DNA of 64,000 nt from contig JAFUTR010000010.1 in NCBI GenBank assembly GCA_017477845.1, positions 11,282 through 75,281 on the forward strand, given 5' to 3'. The translations under genes were made by a program, and so were the position numbers. The notes below the pieces were generated by a model, which was not told the origin of the DNA, searched no databases, and saw only the letters and a list, made by a program, of their open reading frames with translations. This DNA comes from Bacilli bacterium (lineage in GTDB: Bacteria; Bacillota_I; Bacilli_A; RF39; UBA660). Below are positions 18,944 to 28,662 of the stretch, piece by piece (within the stretch, counting starts at the first letter, position 1; every line of letters begins with the position of its first letter).

Positions 18944-19618
18944 TTACTTTAATAGTAAAGTTTCTTCTAATAGTTTTATTTCTTTTTTAAGTTTTTCTTT
19001 TTCTTTGTTACCATCAGGTATTTTTTTTATTATTTCACTTTTTTTATCAAATAAATATTTGTAATAGTTATATGATAAATTTAAGTCATTTTTTAATATT
19101 GGCCCAATATATAGTTCTTTGTTTGTATATTTTTTAAATCCTTTAGTAAACTCTATTATTACGTAGTACTTTCCTTCTTCAAATACTACTTTTTCATCTT
19201 TTATTAAATATCCTAATTCTATTATATCTCTTCTTACTTTATAGTTATTAGTGTTTGATGATATTATTAGTCTATTTACATTTTTTAAGTATGATTTATC
19301 TCTTTTTAGTATTTTGGTAATAGTTTCTTCTCCCATACCTGATATTACTACTGTATCTATATCATTTTCTATTCCTAATAGTCCATCTTTCTCTTTTAAT
19401 ACGATTTTATTTAAAAAAGAATATTTTTCAATATTCTTTTTTGCACTTTCTAGAGGTAATTTATTGATATCTGATGCAATTATTTTAATATTATTATTGT
19501 TTTGTAATAAATATATATCAAGTAATGCATGGTCACATCCGACATCTATTACTCCATTTGTTTTTTCTTTTAGTACTAGATTTGCTATTGTTGTTAATCT
19601 ATTACTTATTTTAATCAA
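18944..19618 (-). CDS. trmK: tRNA (adenine22-N1)-methyltransferase TrmK
   Basis: [12 protein letters not shown]…[15 protein letters not shown] matches TrmK/YqfN. It lies directly downstream of rpoD as in Bacillus. Confidence 0.7.
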   Translation of the reverse strand: MIKISNRLTTIANLVLKEKTNGVIDVGCDHALLDIYLLQNNNNIKIIASDINKLPLESAKKNIEKYSFLNKIVLKEKDGLLGIENDIDTVVISGMGEETITKILKRDKSYLKNVNRLIISSNTNNYKVRRDIIELGYLIKDEKVVFEEGKYYVIIEFTKGFKKYTNKELYIGPILKNDLNLSYNYYKYLFDKKSEIIKKIPDGNKEKEKLKKEIKLLEETLLLK

Positions 19619-20699
19619 TTAAGAAGTCCTTTAGTTTTCTTGAGCGAGATGGATGTCTTAGTTTTCTTAAGGCTTTAGCTTCTATTTGTCTTATTCTTTC
19701 ACGAGTAACACCAAATATTTGTCCTACTTCTTCAAGAGTTCTACATTGTCCATCATCAAGACCAAATCTTAATCTTAATACTTTTTCTTCTCTATCTGTA
19801 AGTGTTAATAAAACGCTTGCAAGTTCTTCTTTTAACATTTCAACAGTTGCATATTCTTCAGGTGACATTGTTCTTTCATCTTTGATGAAATCTCCTAAGT
19901 GAGAGTCATCTTCCTCTCCTATTGGTGTTTCAAGTGATACGGGATCTTGTGATATTTTATATACTTCTCTTACTTTATCTATTGTTACACCAAGTTTTTT
20001 AGCAAGTTCTTCTTCTGTTGGTTCTCTATTTAATTCTTGGGTTAATTGTCTTTGTACACGAGCAAGTTTATTGATTGTTTCAACCATATGAACTGGGACA
20101 CGAATTGTTCTTGCTTGATCTGCAATAGCACGAGTTATAGCTTGTCTTATCCACCATGTGGCATAAGTTGAGAATTTATATCCTTTTGATGGATCAAATT
20201 TATCTACTGCTTTCATTAATCCAATGTTTCCTTCTTGAATTAAGTCAAGGAAAAGCATTCCTCGTCCTACATATCTTTTTGCTATACTTACTACAAGTCT
20301 TAGGTTAGATTCTGCAAGCATCTTCTTCGCATACTCGTCCCCTTGCTCAGCAAGTTTTGCATATTCGAATTCTTCATCTGTTGTAAGAAGATTAATTCTT
20401 CCTATTTCTTTTAAGTACATTCTAACTGGGTCATTTATTTTGATGTCTTTAGACATTGTTAAGTCTTCAACAATTAATCCTGCTGGATCTTCTTCATCTG
20501 TAGAGTTATCAGCAGTTTCACTTATAATTTCAATATTGTTTTCTACAAGTGTGTTATATAAGTCATCTAGTGTATCACTATCTACATCTAATCCTTTTAA
20601 TTCTTCAACTAGTTGTTCATATGTTACATATCCTAGTTTTTTTCCTGCTTCGATTAGTGATTTTTTTCTTTCTTCGATAGTTTTTATTTCTCCAATCAT
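19611..20699 (-). CDS. rpoD: Primary sigma factor sigma-70 (SigA/RpoD)
   Basis: Region 2 ([37 protein letters not shown]) and region 4 ([20 protein letters not shown]) are both present. It follows dnaG. Confidence 0.95.
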   Translation of the reverse strand: MIGEIKTIEERKKSLIEAGKKLGYVTYEQLVEELKGLDVDSDTLDDLYNTLVENNIEIISETADNSTDEEDPAGLIVEDLTMSKDIKINDPVRMYLKEIGRINLLTTDEEFEYAKLAEQGDEYAKKMLAESNLRLVVSIAKRYVGRGMLFLDLIQEGNIGLMKAVDKFDPSKGYKFSTYATWWIRQAITRAIADQARTIRVPVHMVETINKLARVQRQLTQELNREPTEEELAKKLGVTIDKVREVYKISQDPVSLETPIGEEDDSHLGDFIKDERTMSPEEYATVEMLKEELASVLLTLTDREEKVLRLRFGLDDGQCRTLEEVGQIFGVTRERIRQIEAKALRKLRHPSRSRKLKDFLID

Positions 20700-22432
20700 T
20701 TTTCAATCTCCCCAATTCTTAATTTTCTAATACGTTCCAAAATTTCAACCTTAGTATCTTCATCTTTTTCTTTTCTCATTACTTCTTCTAACCTTTTGAT
20801 TTCTTGTTTTATGTTATAGTCTTCTATAACAGAAACATATTCCATTATGGTTACATCACTTATATTTTCATCTAAATTGAGATTTTGTACAACGTTATAG
20901 ATATTTAACAATTCTTTCTTATCATTTAAATAAGAATAAAAGTCTGCAATATTTATTTTTCCATACTCATTGTAATAGTAGCTAATCTCTGCTGCAAGTG
21001 CTCTTAAGTCCGAATCGATAAAGTATAAGTTTTTACTATCATAAACTTTTATTGCTTTTGGATTTATAAGCATATAGTAAATGAATTCTTCACTAGCTCT
21101 TTTATATTTATCTTTCTTGGCATCTTTTCTTCCTATTACATTATTATCTACACTTTTTCTCTTTTCATTATCGAGACTTTTGTACTCATTTAATTTTTTT
21201 TCTAGTGTATTATAACTCAAATTAGTTTCATTTGCAAGTTTTTTAAGTATTATTTCGCATCTTATTTCATCATTTATTTCTGATACTTCTTTAATTACTT
21301 GATTAACGTATCTCGATAATTCTATATCACTTTCAAAGTTTACATCTTTTTTTAGGTTATCTATTTTGAAATCACTAAAGTTTGAAGCGTTTTCAACAAG
21401 TGACTTAAATTTCTTTTCTCCATATTTTAAGATAAATGAGTCTGGATCTTCATCAGAAGTTAAGCACACTACTTTAACGTTTAATCCAGCTTTTTCTAGT
21501 AGTTCTCCATTATGTAAGTCTGCATCTTGTCCTGGTTTATCTCCATCAAGACATAAGTATACGTTTAAGGATAGTTTCTTAAGAAGTGAGATTTGCTCTT
21601 CTGTTAGAGCAGTTCCCATAAGTGCTACGGTGTTTTTAATTCCTATAGTAGATGCTCTTATTACATCCATAAATCCTTCCATTACTAAAACATATTTTTC
21701 ACTTCTTACAAATTCTTTGGAAGCGTTATAGTGATACAAGCAAGTACCTTTTCTAAATATAGGAGTTTCTTTAGTATTCATATATTTACTCATTTTAGAG
21801 TTATCATATATTCTTCCTGAGAATCCTACTATTCTTCCATTTCTATCATCAAGTGGAAATATTATTCTATTTATAAATGTATCTATATCGTTATTGGCAA
21901 GACCTAAGTCATTAAGCGTATTTATATCATATTTTTTTTCTTTTAGATATGTTACTAGTTTATCTTTATCGTCAAGTGATAGACCTATTCCAAATTCCTT
22001 TATAGTGTCATTATTTATTTCACGATTATTTAAGTATTCTTTAGCTTTTAGTCCTTTATCAGTATTTATCATTAATTGATAATATTTACTAGCTAAGTCA
22101 TATATTTCATAGTATTTATTGTATTTATTATTATATGATGATGATCCTTCAACAGCTATTCCTACTCGACTTCCAAGTTTTTTTAAGGCATCTTTAAATG
22201 ATATGTTTTCTATTTGTTCAACAAAGTTAAAAACATTTCCACTGTTGTGACAGCTCCAGCAAGTATAAGTTTGTCTTTTTTCATCAACACTCATTGAAGG
22301 ATTTTTGTCATTATGAAAGGGACATATTCCCCAGTAATATTGTCCCTTCTTAGTAAGAGGAACATATTCACTAACAATATCGACAATGTTTAATTTACTT
22401 CTAATGTCGTTGATAGTATTTTGGTTATTCAT
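20696..22432 (-). CDS. dnaG: DNA primase
   Basis: A zinc-binding CHC2 motif ([13 protein letters not shown]…CWSC) and a TOPRIM domain (EGFMDVI, DGDKPGQ) are present. The start MNNQNT has an AGGAGG RBS. Confidence 0.9.
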   Translation of the reverse strand: MNNQNTINDIRSKLNIVDIVSEYVPLTKKGQYYWGICPFHNDKNPSMSVDEKRQTYTCWSCHNSGNVFNFVEQIENISFKDALKKLGSRVGIAVEGSSSYNNKYNKYYEIYDLASKYYQLMINTDKGLKAKEYLNNREINNDTIKEFGIGLSLDDKDKLVTYLKEKKYDINTLNDLGLANNDIDTFINRIIFPLDDRNGRIVGFSGRIYDNSKMSKYMNTKETPIFRKGTCLYHYNASKEFVRSEKYVLVMEGFMDVIRASTIGIKNTVALMGTALTEEQISLLKKLSLNVYLCLDGDKPGQDADLHNGELLEKAGLNVKVVCLTSDEDPDSFILKYGEKKFKSLVENASNFSDFKIDNLKKDVNFESDIELSRYVNQVIKEVSEINDEIRCEIILKKLANETNLSYNTLEKKLNEYKSLDNEKRKSVDNNVIGRKDAKKDKYKRASEEFIYYMLINPKAIKVYDSKNLYFIDSDLRALAAEISYYYNEYGKINIADFYSYLNDKKELLNIYNVVQNLNLDENISDVTIMEYVSVIEDYNIKQEIKRLEEVMRKEKDEDTKVEILERIRKLRIGEIEK

Positions 22433-22777
22433 ATTTCCTCCTATCACAAAGATATTATACTTCATATTATTTTTTTTTCAATAATATTTATTTTTTAAAA
22501 AGAAAAACTTGTCTTTATTGACAAGTTTTGAATTTTATTATTTATTATCTTATAAGCATTTTCCTTTCACTTTATATTTTTTTGAACGAATATAATTATT
22601 TATTTATTACTTTTCGTAATAACCAATTTATTTATATAAATTTTAAATAGCTTTTTGCTATGACATTTTAAATATTCAATTGTCTATTTCTATATTATAT
22701 TCATCACTTCCTTTTGATATATTAAGTGTACAACTAAATTATGTAAGAATTTTGGGATAATTGTCAAAAGTTTGTGA

Positions 22778-22810
22778 ATATTTTAAAAAGCACTAAAAAC
22801 TAGTGCTTCT
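22778..22810 (-). terminator. Rho-independent terminator downstream of polC
   Basis: An AGCACTAG/CTAGTGCT hairpin is followed by TTTTAAAA on the minus strand. Confidence 0.5.
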
Positions 22811-22816
22811 TTTCCT

Positions 22817-25800
22817 TTAAAATAAAGACAATTGATCTGATTCGTCAAGTCCATCTAATATTTTCATTTTTCTTAATTTTTCTATTAGCGTTTGAGATAT
22901 TTTTGCTCTTTTTTGTAAATCTTCAATACTTGTAAATGGGCGTTTTTCTCTTTCTTCTACTATTGCCTTTGCAACTGTATCACCAAGACCATCTATTGCT
23001 GCAAAAGGTGGATAAATATTTTTATCATCTTTTACACCCCAAGTTGTTGCTTCACTTAGATTTAAATCGATTGGAACAAAATTTATTCCTCTTGCAGTTG
23101 CTTCAAGGGATACTTTTAAACTTTCAAGTTGTCCTGTTTCTTTATTAGTAGCGTCATACCCTTTGGTTTGTATCTCAATTATTTTTTCTCTTATATCGTT
23201 ATATCCACGCATCATTGTTTCAACATCAACATCAGTTGCTTTTGAAGTTAGCCATGAAGCATAGAAGTATACTGGCATATGAACTTTGTACCATGCGATT
23301 CTAAATGCACTTGTAACATAAGCACAGGCATGAGCTTTAGGAAACATGTATTTAATTTTTTCACATGAATCGATAAACCAAGATTCTATTCCTGCTTTAG
23401 TCATAGTTTCTTTATGAGTTTTCCATGTTTCTATATCTTTACTTGCTTTTCCTTTACGAACAAACTCCATTATTTTGAATGCTTTTATTGGAGGAAGCCC
23501 ATGATAAATTAAATATACCATGATATCATCACGACATCCGATAACTTCTTTAAATGGTACAACTTTATTTTTTATTAATTCTTGAGCATTACCAAGCCAA
23601 ACATCAGTTCCATGTGATAATCCTGATATTTTTACTAGTTCGGCAAATGTTTTTGGTTTAGTCTCTTCTACCATTGAAATAGTAAAAGGTGTTCCAAACT
23701 CTGGTATTCCAAGTGTTCCAGTTTCATTTAATATTTGTTCTGTTGTAACACCAAGAGCATTAGTATTTGAAAAAATACTCATAGTTTCTTTATCGTCCAT
23801 TGGAACTTTTAGTATATCTGTTTTAGTTAAGTCTTGAATCATTCTAAGCTGAGTTGGATCACTATGTCCTAGAATATCAAGTTTTAAAAGACACTGGTCA
23901 ATTGCATGGTATGAGAAGTGAGTTGTTCTCCATGCACTAGTTGGATCATCTGCTGGGAATTGGAATGGAGTAAAATCTGATACATCCATATAATCAGGGA
24001 CTACTACTATTCCTCCAGGATGTTGTCCAGTTGTTCTTTTTACTCCAACACATCCAAGTGAAATACGTTCAATCTCAGCACTTCTGATAGTCGAATACTC
24101 TTTTACTTTTCTTACCATTTCATCATATTTCATATCTATTTCTTTTGGTACATCGCGTCTTATATTTTCTTGTAATAATAAGAATTTCTTAGCAATTTTA
24201 TTTACTTTTTCTTTCTTTTCTACAGATAATAACTCTTCATAAGATTTATCAAGACTCTTAGCTATTTCTGTAATTATATCCATTATTTTATCTTCATAGT
24301 AACCAAGAACAAAACCATATGCAGTTTTATCTGCTACTGTTCCAATTGTTCCTGCTCTATAAACATTATCAACTCCAAATAACACTTTAGTGTACTCATG
24401 AGCTGAAGCTTGGTTTAAGTCGCTGAAGTTTAAATCGATATCTGGAACTTTATCTGCATTGAATCCTAAGAATGTTGCAAACGGAATATCTTGTCCATCT
24501 TTTAACATAGGTATATTACAGTTTGGACATAATTTATTAGGTAAATCAAATCCTGATGAATAAGTAGCTCCCAAAGGACTATGGTTATCATCTTCAAAGA
24601 TACTTTTTTTACATTTAGTACATCTATAATGTGGTGGTAGTGGGTTTACTTCAGATATACCCATCATACTTGCTACAAAACTTGATCCAACAGATCCACG
24701 AGATCCTACTAAATATCCATCATCATTGGAGTGTTTTACAAGTCTTTGAGCAATCAAGTATATTGGGTCAAATCCTCCTCCAATGATACCACCAAGTTCT
24801 TTTTTTAGTTTTTTCTTAAGTGATTCATCAGTTAGTTCTCCATCTTCTTCTTTCCAGTTTTCTTTTAAGAATTTTGATAATTCTTCTTTAACTTTATCAA
24901 ATCCACTTGCTACTGTTTCATGAACTCTTTTAAATACTTCTTTATTAAAATCTTCTTCACTAATATTTTCATTTTCTTTTTTTATAATAGCACTATAAGA
25001 GTTATAGACGATATCTCCATATAGCTCTTTTGCTATACGTTCTTCTATATTATATGGAAGTGGATCCCCATACCAATCACGTGCTTTATTAAATACTAGA
25101 TCTGTAACTACTTGAGGACAGTCTAGGTATCCTCCATCATCACTTTTTACACGTGGAGAGAAAGGAATACCTCCAGTATCTGGTATTACTTCAATTTCTT
25201 CAATCATATCAGCAACTTTATTAGTATTAGTTACTACTATTTCATATGCTAAGTCTTTATCTAAGAAGTTAAAATCTTCAAGCATTTCTTTAGTAGTTCT
25301 AAAGTGCTGTGATGGAATTGATGTTATTTCTTTTTTAGCAAGAGGATGTCTTCCTCCACCAGGTACTTTTTGATTTATTATTATCTCACGATAGATTTTA
25401 TCTTCTTTTTTGAAGTGGTGAACATCTCCTGTTGCTACTATTATTTTTCCTGCTTCTTTAGTAGCACTTATCACTTTTTTTATGTGTTCTTTAAGTTCAT
25501 CTTCGTCTTTAAAGTCACTTGTTTGAATTAAGTGATTATATACTTCAGGAGGTTGTACTTCTACATAATCATAAAAGTTAATTATGTTTGTTAACTCTTC
25601 TCCTTCTTTACTTCTTGCTTCTATAAATACTTCTGAGTTATAACATCCACTTCCTATTAGTATACCTTCTCTTAATTCTTCAAGTTTACTTCTTAGTATT
25701 CTTGGTGTTTTATATAAGTATACAGTGTTAGCAAGAGATATTATTTTAAATAAGTTCTTTATTCCTTTTTTATTTACTGCTAGGGCATTAAAATGGAAAG

Positions 25801-27766
25801 ATCTTCCAAATTTATGTATTTCATCTTTTGATATTAGTCTATCAAGGTCACTTATTTTTTTGAAGTTTTGATTTAGTAGTTTTTGAACCATTTTATGGAA
25901 TACTTTGGCAGTTCCCTCAGCATCGTAGTCGGCACGGTGATGACCTTCTTCATCAAAGTCAACGTTGTATCTTGAAACAAGTGCTGATAAGGAGTGCCTT
26001 GCAAAACCTTGGTCTAGGGTTCTTGATAATTCAAGAGTATCGATAACTGTGTTTTTAAACTCCCCTAGATTATATTTTTTCATTGACATTTCTATAAATG
26101 ATATATCGAATTTGGCATTATGTGCGACCATTGGAGCATCTCCTGCCCAGTCTAGGAATTTCTTTGTTACAGTCTCTTCGTCATCTTTTCCTTTTACCAT
26201 TTCATCAGTAATATTAGTAAGTTCTGTAATTTTATCTGGAATATGTCTTTTTGGATCTATTAATTCATCAAAGGTATCAGTTATTTCTCCATTTTTTATT
26301 TTTACTGCACCTATTTCAATCATTTGATCTACTCCTGCTGCATTAAATCCAGTTGTTTCTGTATCGAATACAACATATTCTGTATCAGATAGTTCTAAGT
26401 TGCTTGGTCTTACGACAATATTAACTGTATCGTCAACAAGCGTTAATTCTGTTCCATATAAAACTTTAAATTTCTTTGGATTTTCAAGTTCTTTTAATAC
26501 AGTTTCTAACTCATCTTCAATTAATTTCTTTTGATTTTCATTTTCTTCTTCTTTTAGTTTGATTTCTAATTCTTCTTTTTTAGATTTTAATCCTTTTATT
26601 AGTCCTTTGTTATAATTTGTTACAAGTTCAAAAGCTATTGGGAAAGCTTGGCAACCTGAGTGATCTGTTATTGCTACTGCAGAATAGCCCATATCTATAG
26701 TATTAGATACCATCTCACATGTATGTTTATCAAGATCTAGTTTACTTACTCCATCCATTTGACTCATCATCGTATGAGTATGAAGTTCAACACGTTTAAC
26801 TGGACTATCATCTATTAGTTTTTCATCTTTTTTATCTGATTCATATATATCAAAAACAGTTAATACTAATTCATTATTGGAGTATTCATCATATTTTGTA
26901 TTTCCTCTTAATTTTAACCAAGTTCCACTCTTCGTCTTTTTAATTAAAGACTCATAGATATTATCATCACGAACAAATATTTTACAGATTATGCTATCTG
27001 TGTTATCTGTTACTTTTAATGTTAGTATTTTAAATGCTTTACTTTGAGGGACAAATTCTTCTGTGGCGAACACTTTAGCTTCTATTAATATATCAGTATT
27101 TTCTCCAACTATAGAATTAATCTTTGTTACTGCTTCATCTTCTTTAATTAAATTCCCAAAGATAGTTTTTTCATCTATTTCTTTCTTTCTTCTTCTTGGA
27201 AATGCTGATACTTGTTTAGGAGCTTCATACTGAATAAAAGGTTTACTCATTATTTCAATTGTTTCATTGTTTATATTTTCATCAATTGCTATTTTTATAT
27301 TTTCATCTATTTCAATTTTATATTCGAAATTTGATCCATATCTCTTAATTATTTTTTTAAGTTTATTAAAGTCCTCTTCTAAATCTTTTTTTTCTCTTTC
27401 ATTAACTACTTCTACATTAATAGAGTCTCCTATTATTTCTAATTTTTCTTCTAATGCTTTAATATTAGGAAGATTTTCATAATTATCTTTTATTATTTTT
27501 TCAAAATTTATTTTGAAGTTAGGGCTTAATCCTTTCTCGTTATCGATTGTTAAATGAATTTCTGCTCCATCAAAATATTCTTCAAACTTATTAACTAGTT
27601 CATCATATAACATATATGGAATATCTTTTTCATTATATATTTCAATAGTTACTATATTATTTAAGTCATCTATTTTAGTCTTATTTATTTTGGCATTAAA
27701 AAAAAGGTTGAAATATGTTTCATTTAGGTTGATTTTTTTAAGTATTTTATGCATCTTTTCGTCCAT
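22817..27766 (-). CDS. polC: DNA polymerase III PolC-type (with PHP domain and DnaQ-like 3'-5' exonuclease)
   Basis: It is 1649 aa. The exonuclease motif is VVFDTETTGF. PHP and polymerase core motifs are present throughout. Confidence 0.95.
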   Translation of the reverse strand: MDEKMHKILKKINLNETYFNLFFNAKINKTKIDDLNNIVTIEIYNEKDIPYMLYDELVNKFEEYFDGAEIHLTIDNEKGLSPNFKINFEKIIKDNYENLPNIKALEEKLEIIGDSINVEVVNEREKKDLEEDFNKLKKIIKRYGSNFEYKIEIDENIKIAIDENINNETIEIMSKPFIQYEAPKQVSAFPRRRKKEIDEKTIFGNLIKEDEAVTKINSIVGENTDILIEAKVFATEEFVPQSKAFKILTLKVTDNTDSIICKIFVRDDNIYESLIKKTKSGTWLKLRGNTKYDEYSNNELVLTVFDIYESDKKDEKLIDDSPVKRVELHTHTMMSQMDGVSKLDLDKHTCEMVSNTIDMGYSAVAITDHSGCQAFPIAFELVTNYNKGLIKGLKSKKEELEIKLKEEENENQKKLIEDELETVLKELENPKKFKVLYGTELTLVDDTVNIVVRPSNLELSDTEYVVFDTETTGFNAAGVDQMIEIGAVKIKNGEITDTFDELIDPKRHIPDKITELTNITDEMVKGKDDEETVTKKFLDWAGDAPMVAHNAKFDISFIEMSMKKYNLGEFKNTVIDTLELSRTLDQGFARHSLSALVSRYNVDFDEEGHHRADYDAEGTAKVFHKMVQKLLNQNFKKISDLDRLISKDEIHKFGRSFHFNALAVNKKGIKNLFKIISLANTVYLYKTPRILRSKLEELREGILIGSGCYNSEVFIEARSKEGEELTNIINFYDYVEVQPPEVYNHLIQTSDFKDEDELKEHIKKVISATKEAGKIIVATGDVHHFKKEDKIYREIIINQKVPGGGRHPLAKKEITSIPSQHFRTTKEMLEDFNFLDKDLAYEIVVTNTNKVADMIEEIEVIPDTGGIPFSPRVKSDDGGYLDCPQVVTDLVFNKARDWYGDPLPYNIEERIAKELYGDIVYNSYSAIIKKENENISEEDFNKEVFKRVHETVASGFDKVKEELSKFLKENWKEEDGELTDESLKKKLKKELGGIIGGGFDPIYLIAQRLVKHSNDDGYLVGSRGSVGSSFVASMMGISEVNPLPPHYRCTKCKKSIFEDDNHSPLGATYSSGFDLPNKLCPNCNIPMLKDGQDIPFATFLGFNADKVPDIDLNFSDLNQASAHEYTKVLFGVDNVYRAGTIGTVADKTAYGFVLGYYEDKIMDIITEIAKSLDKSYEELLSVEKKEKVNKIAKKFLLLQENIRRDVPKEIDMKYDEMVRKVKEYSTIRSAEIERISLGCVGVKRTTGQHPGGIVVVPDYMDVSDFTPFQFPADDPTSAWRTTHFSYHAIDQCLLKLDILGHSDPTQLRMIQDLTKTDILKVPMDDKETMSIFSNTNALGVTTEQILNETGTLGIPEFGTPFTISMVEETKPKTFAELVKISGLSHGTDVWLGNAQELIKNKVVPFKEVIGCRDDIMVYLIYHGLPPIKAFKIMEFVRKGKASKDIETWKTHKETMTKAGIESWFIDSCEKIKYMFPKAHACAYVTSAFRIAWYKVHMPVYFYASWLTSKATDVDVETMMRGYNDIREKIIEIQTKGYDATNKETGQLESLKVSLEATARGINFVPIDLNLSEATTWGVKDDKNIYPPFAAIDGLGDTVAKAIVEEREKRPFTSIEDLQKRAKISQTLIEKLRKMKILDGLDESDQLSLF

Positions 27767-27780
27767 ATTTTAACCTCTTT

Positions 27781-28617
27781 CTAAATTTTGTCTAGTTCAT
27801 TAAGCCTTATTATATATTTTTGATTAGTGCAGCAAAAATCTATAAACCCTTTAAAATCTACTTTTCTAAGACCTTTTTCTATTGGATATTTATCTATATC
27901 AAATGGCATTCTATCTCTCATCATAAAGCTTACTAACTCTTCTCTATCTGCTCCTTGATACATTAGCCAATAAGGATATAATTGTCTTTTTAATAGTTTT
28001 AATCTTTTTATTCCTTCCTCGTATTTAGAGTATCCTGATACTCTAGTGTATATTTCATTGGTAACTAGTAAGTCAGTTATTGCTGTTACTATTTCTTTGT
28101 TTTGTTCTTGATAATCGTTAAGTTCATATTTTACTGCTGTAAAAAGAATTCTCATTATCGCTTTTAATCCATCTTCAGTATCTTCTTTTTTACCCCATAC
28201 GATATTCTTTTTTGGATTCTTTTTTAAGTACTCAACATTATCAAAATATGGATGTATTACAAGTATTTGATAAGTGTTTTCTACTTTAAATCTTAATAGT
28301 TCTTTTAGTGAACTTTGTATTACTTTTTGATTGGAATCCCATATTTTCATTAAGAATCTTCTATATTTATCTGTTTGCTTTTTTACAAGTTTATACTCTT
28401 CACTATCGAAAACAAAGTTATAAATTGTATCATCATCTGGGATAAAATCATTTGTATATTTAAGTATTTCTACGTTTTCTTTTTCAAGTTTCATATACTC
28501 TTTCGAATAGTTTTTCCAAAGACGTTCTTTAAGAGTTTGAATGTCTTCAGAAATAGATGGGCGAAATAATAAATTCCATGCTAGCAGATAATCGTTTACG
28601 ACAAATTGTATATTCAT
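27781..28617 (-). CDS. Hypothetical protein of 278 aa between polC and dnaE
   Basis: It is an intact ORF with no recognisable motif. Confidence 0.4.
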   Translation of the reverse strand: MNIQFVVNDYLLAWNLLFRPSISEDIQTLKERLWKNYSKEYMKLEKENVEILKYTNDFIPDDDTIYNFVFDSEEYKLVKKQTDKYRRFLMKIWDSNQKVIQSSLKELLRFKVENTYQILVIHPYFDNVEYLKKNPKKNIVWGKKEDTEDGLKAIMRILFTAVKYELNDYQEQNKEIVTAITDLLVTNEIYTRVSGYSKYEEGIKRLKLLKRQLYPYWLMYQGADREELVSFMMRDRMPFDIDKYPIEKGLRKVDFKGFIDFCCTNQKYIIRLNELDKI

Positions 28618-28662
28618 TTTCTCACCACCATATATATTAAATATAACACATATTTTATTAAA

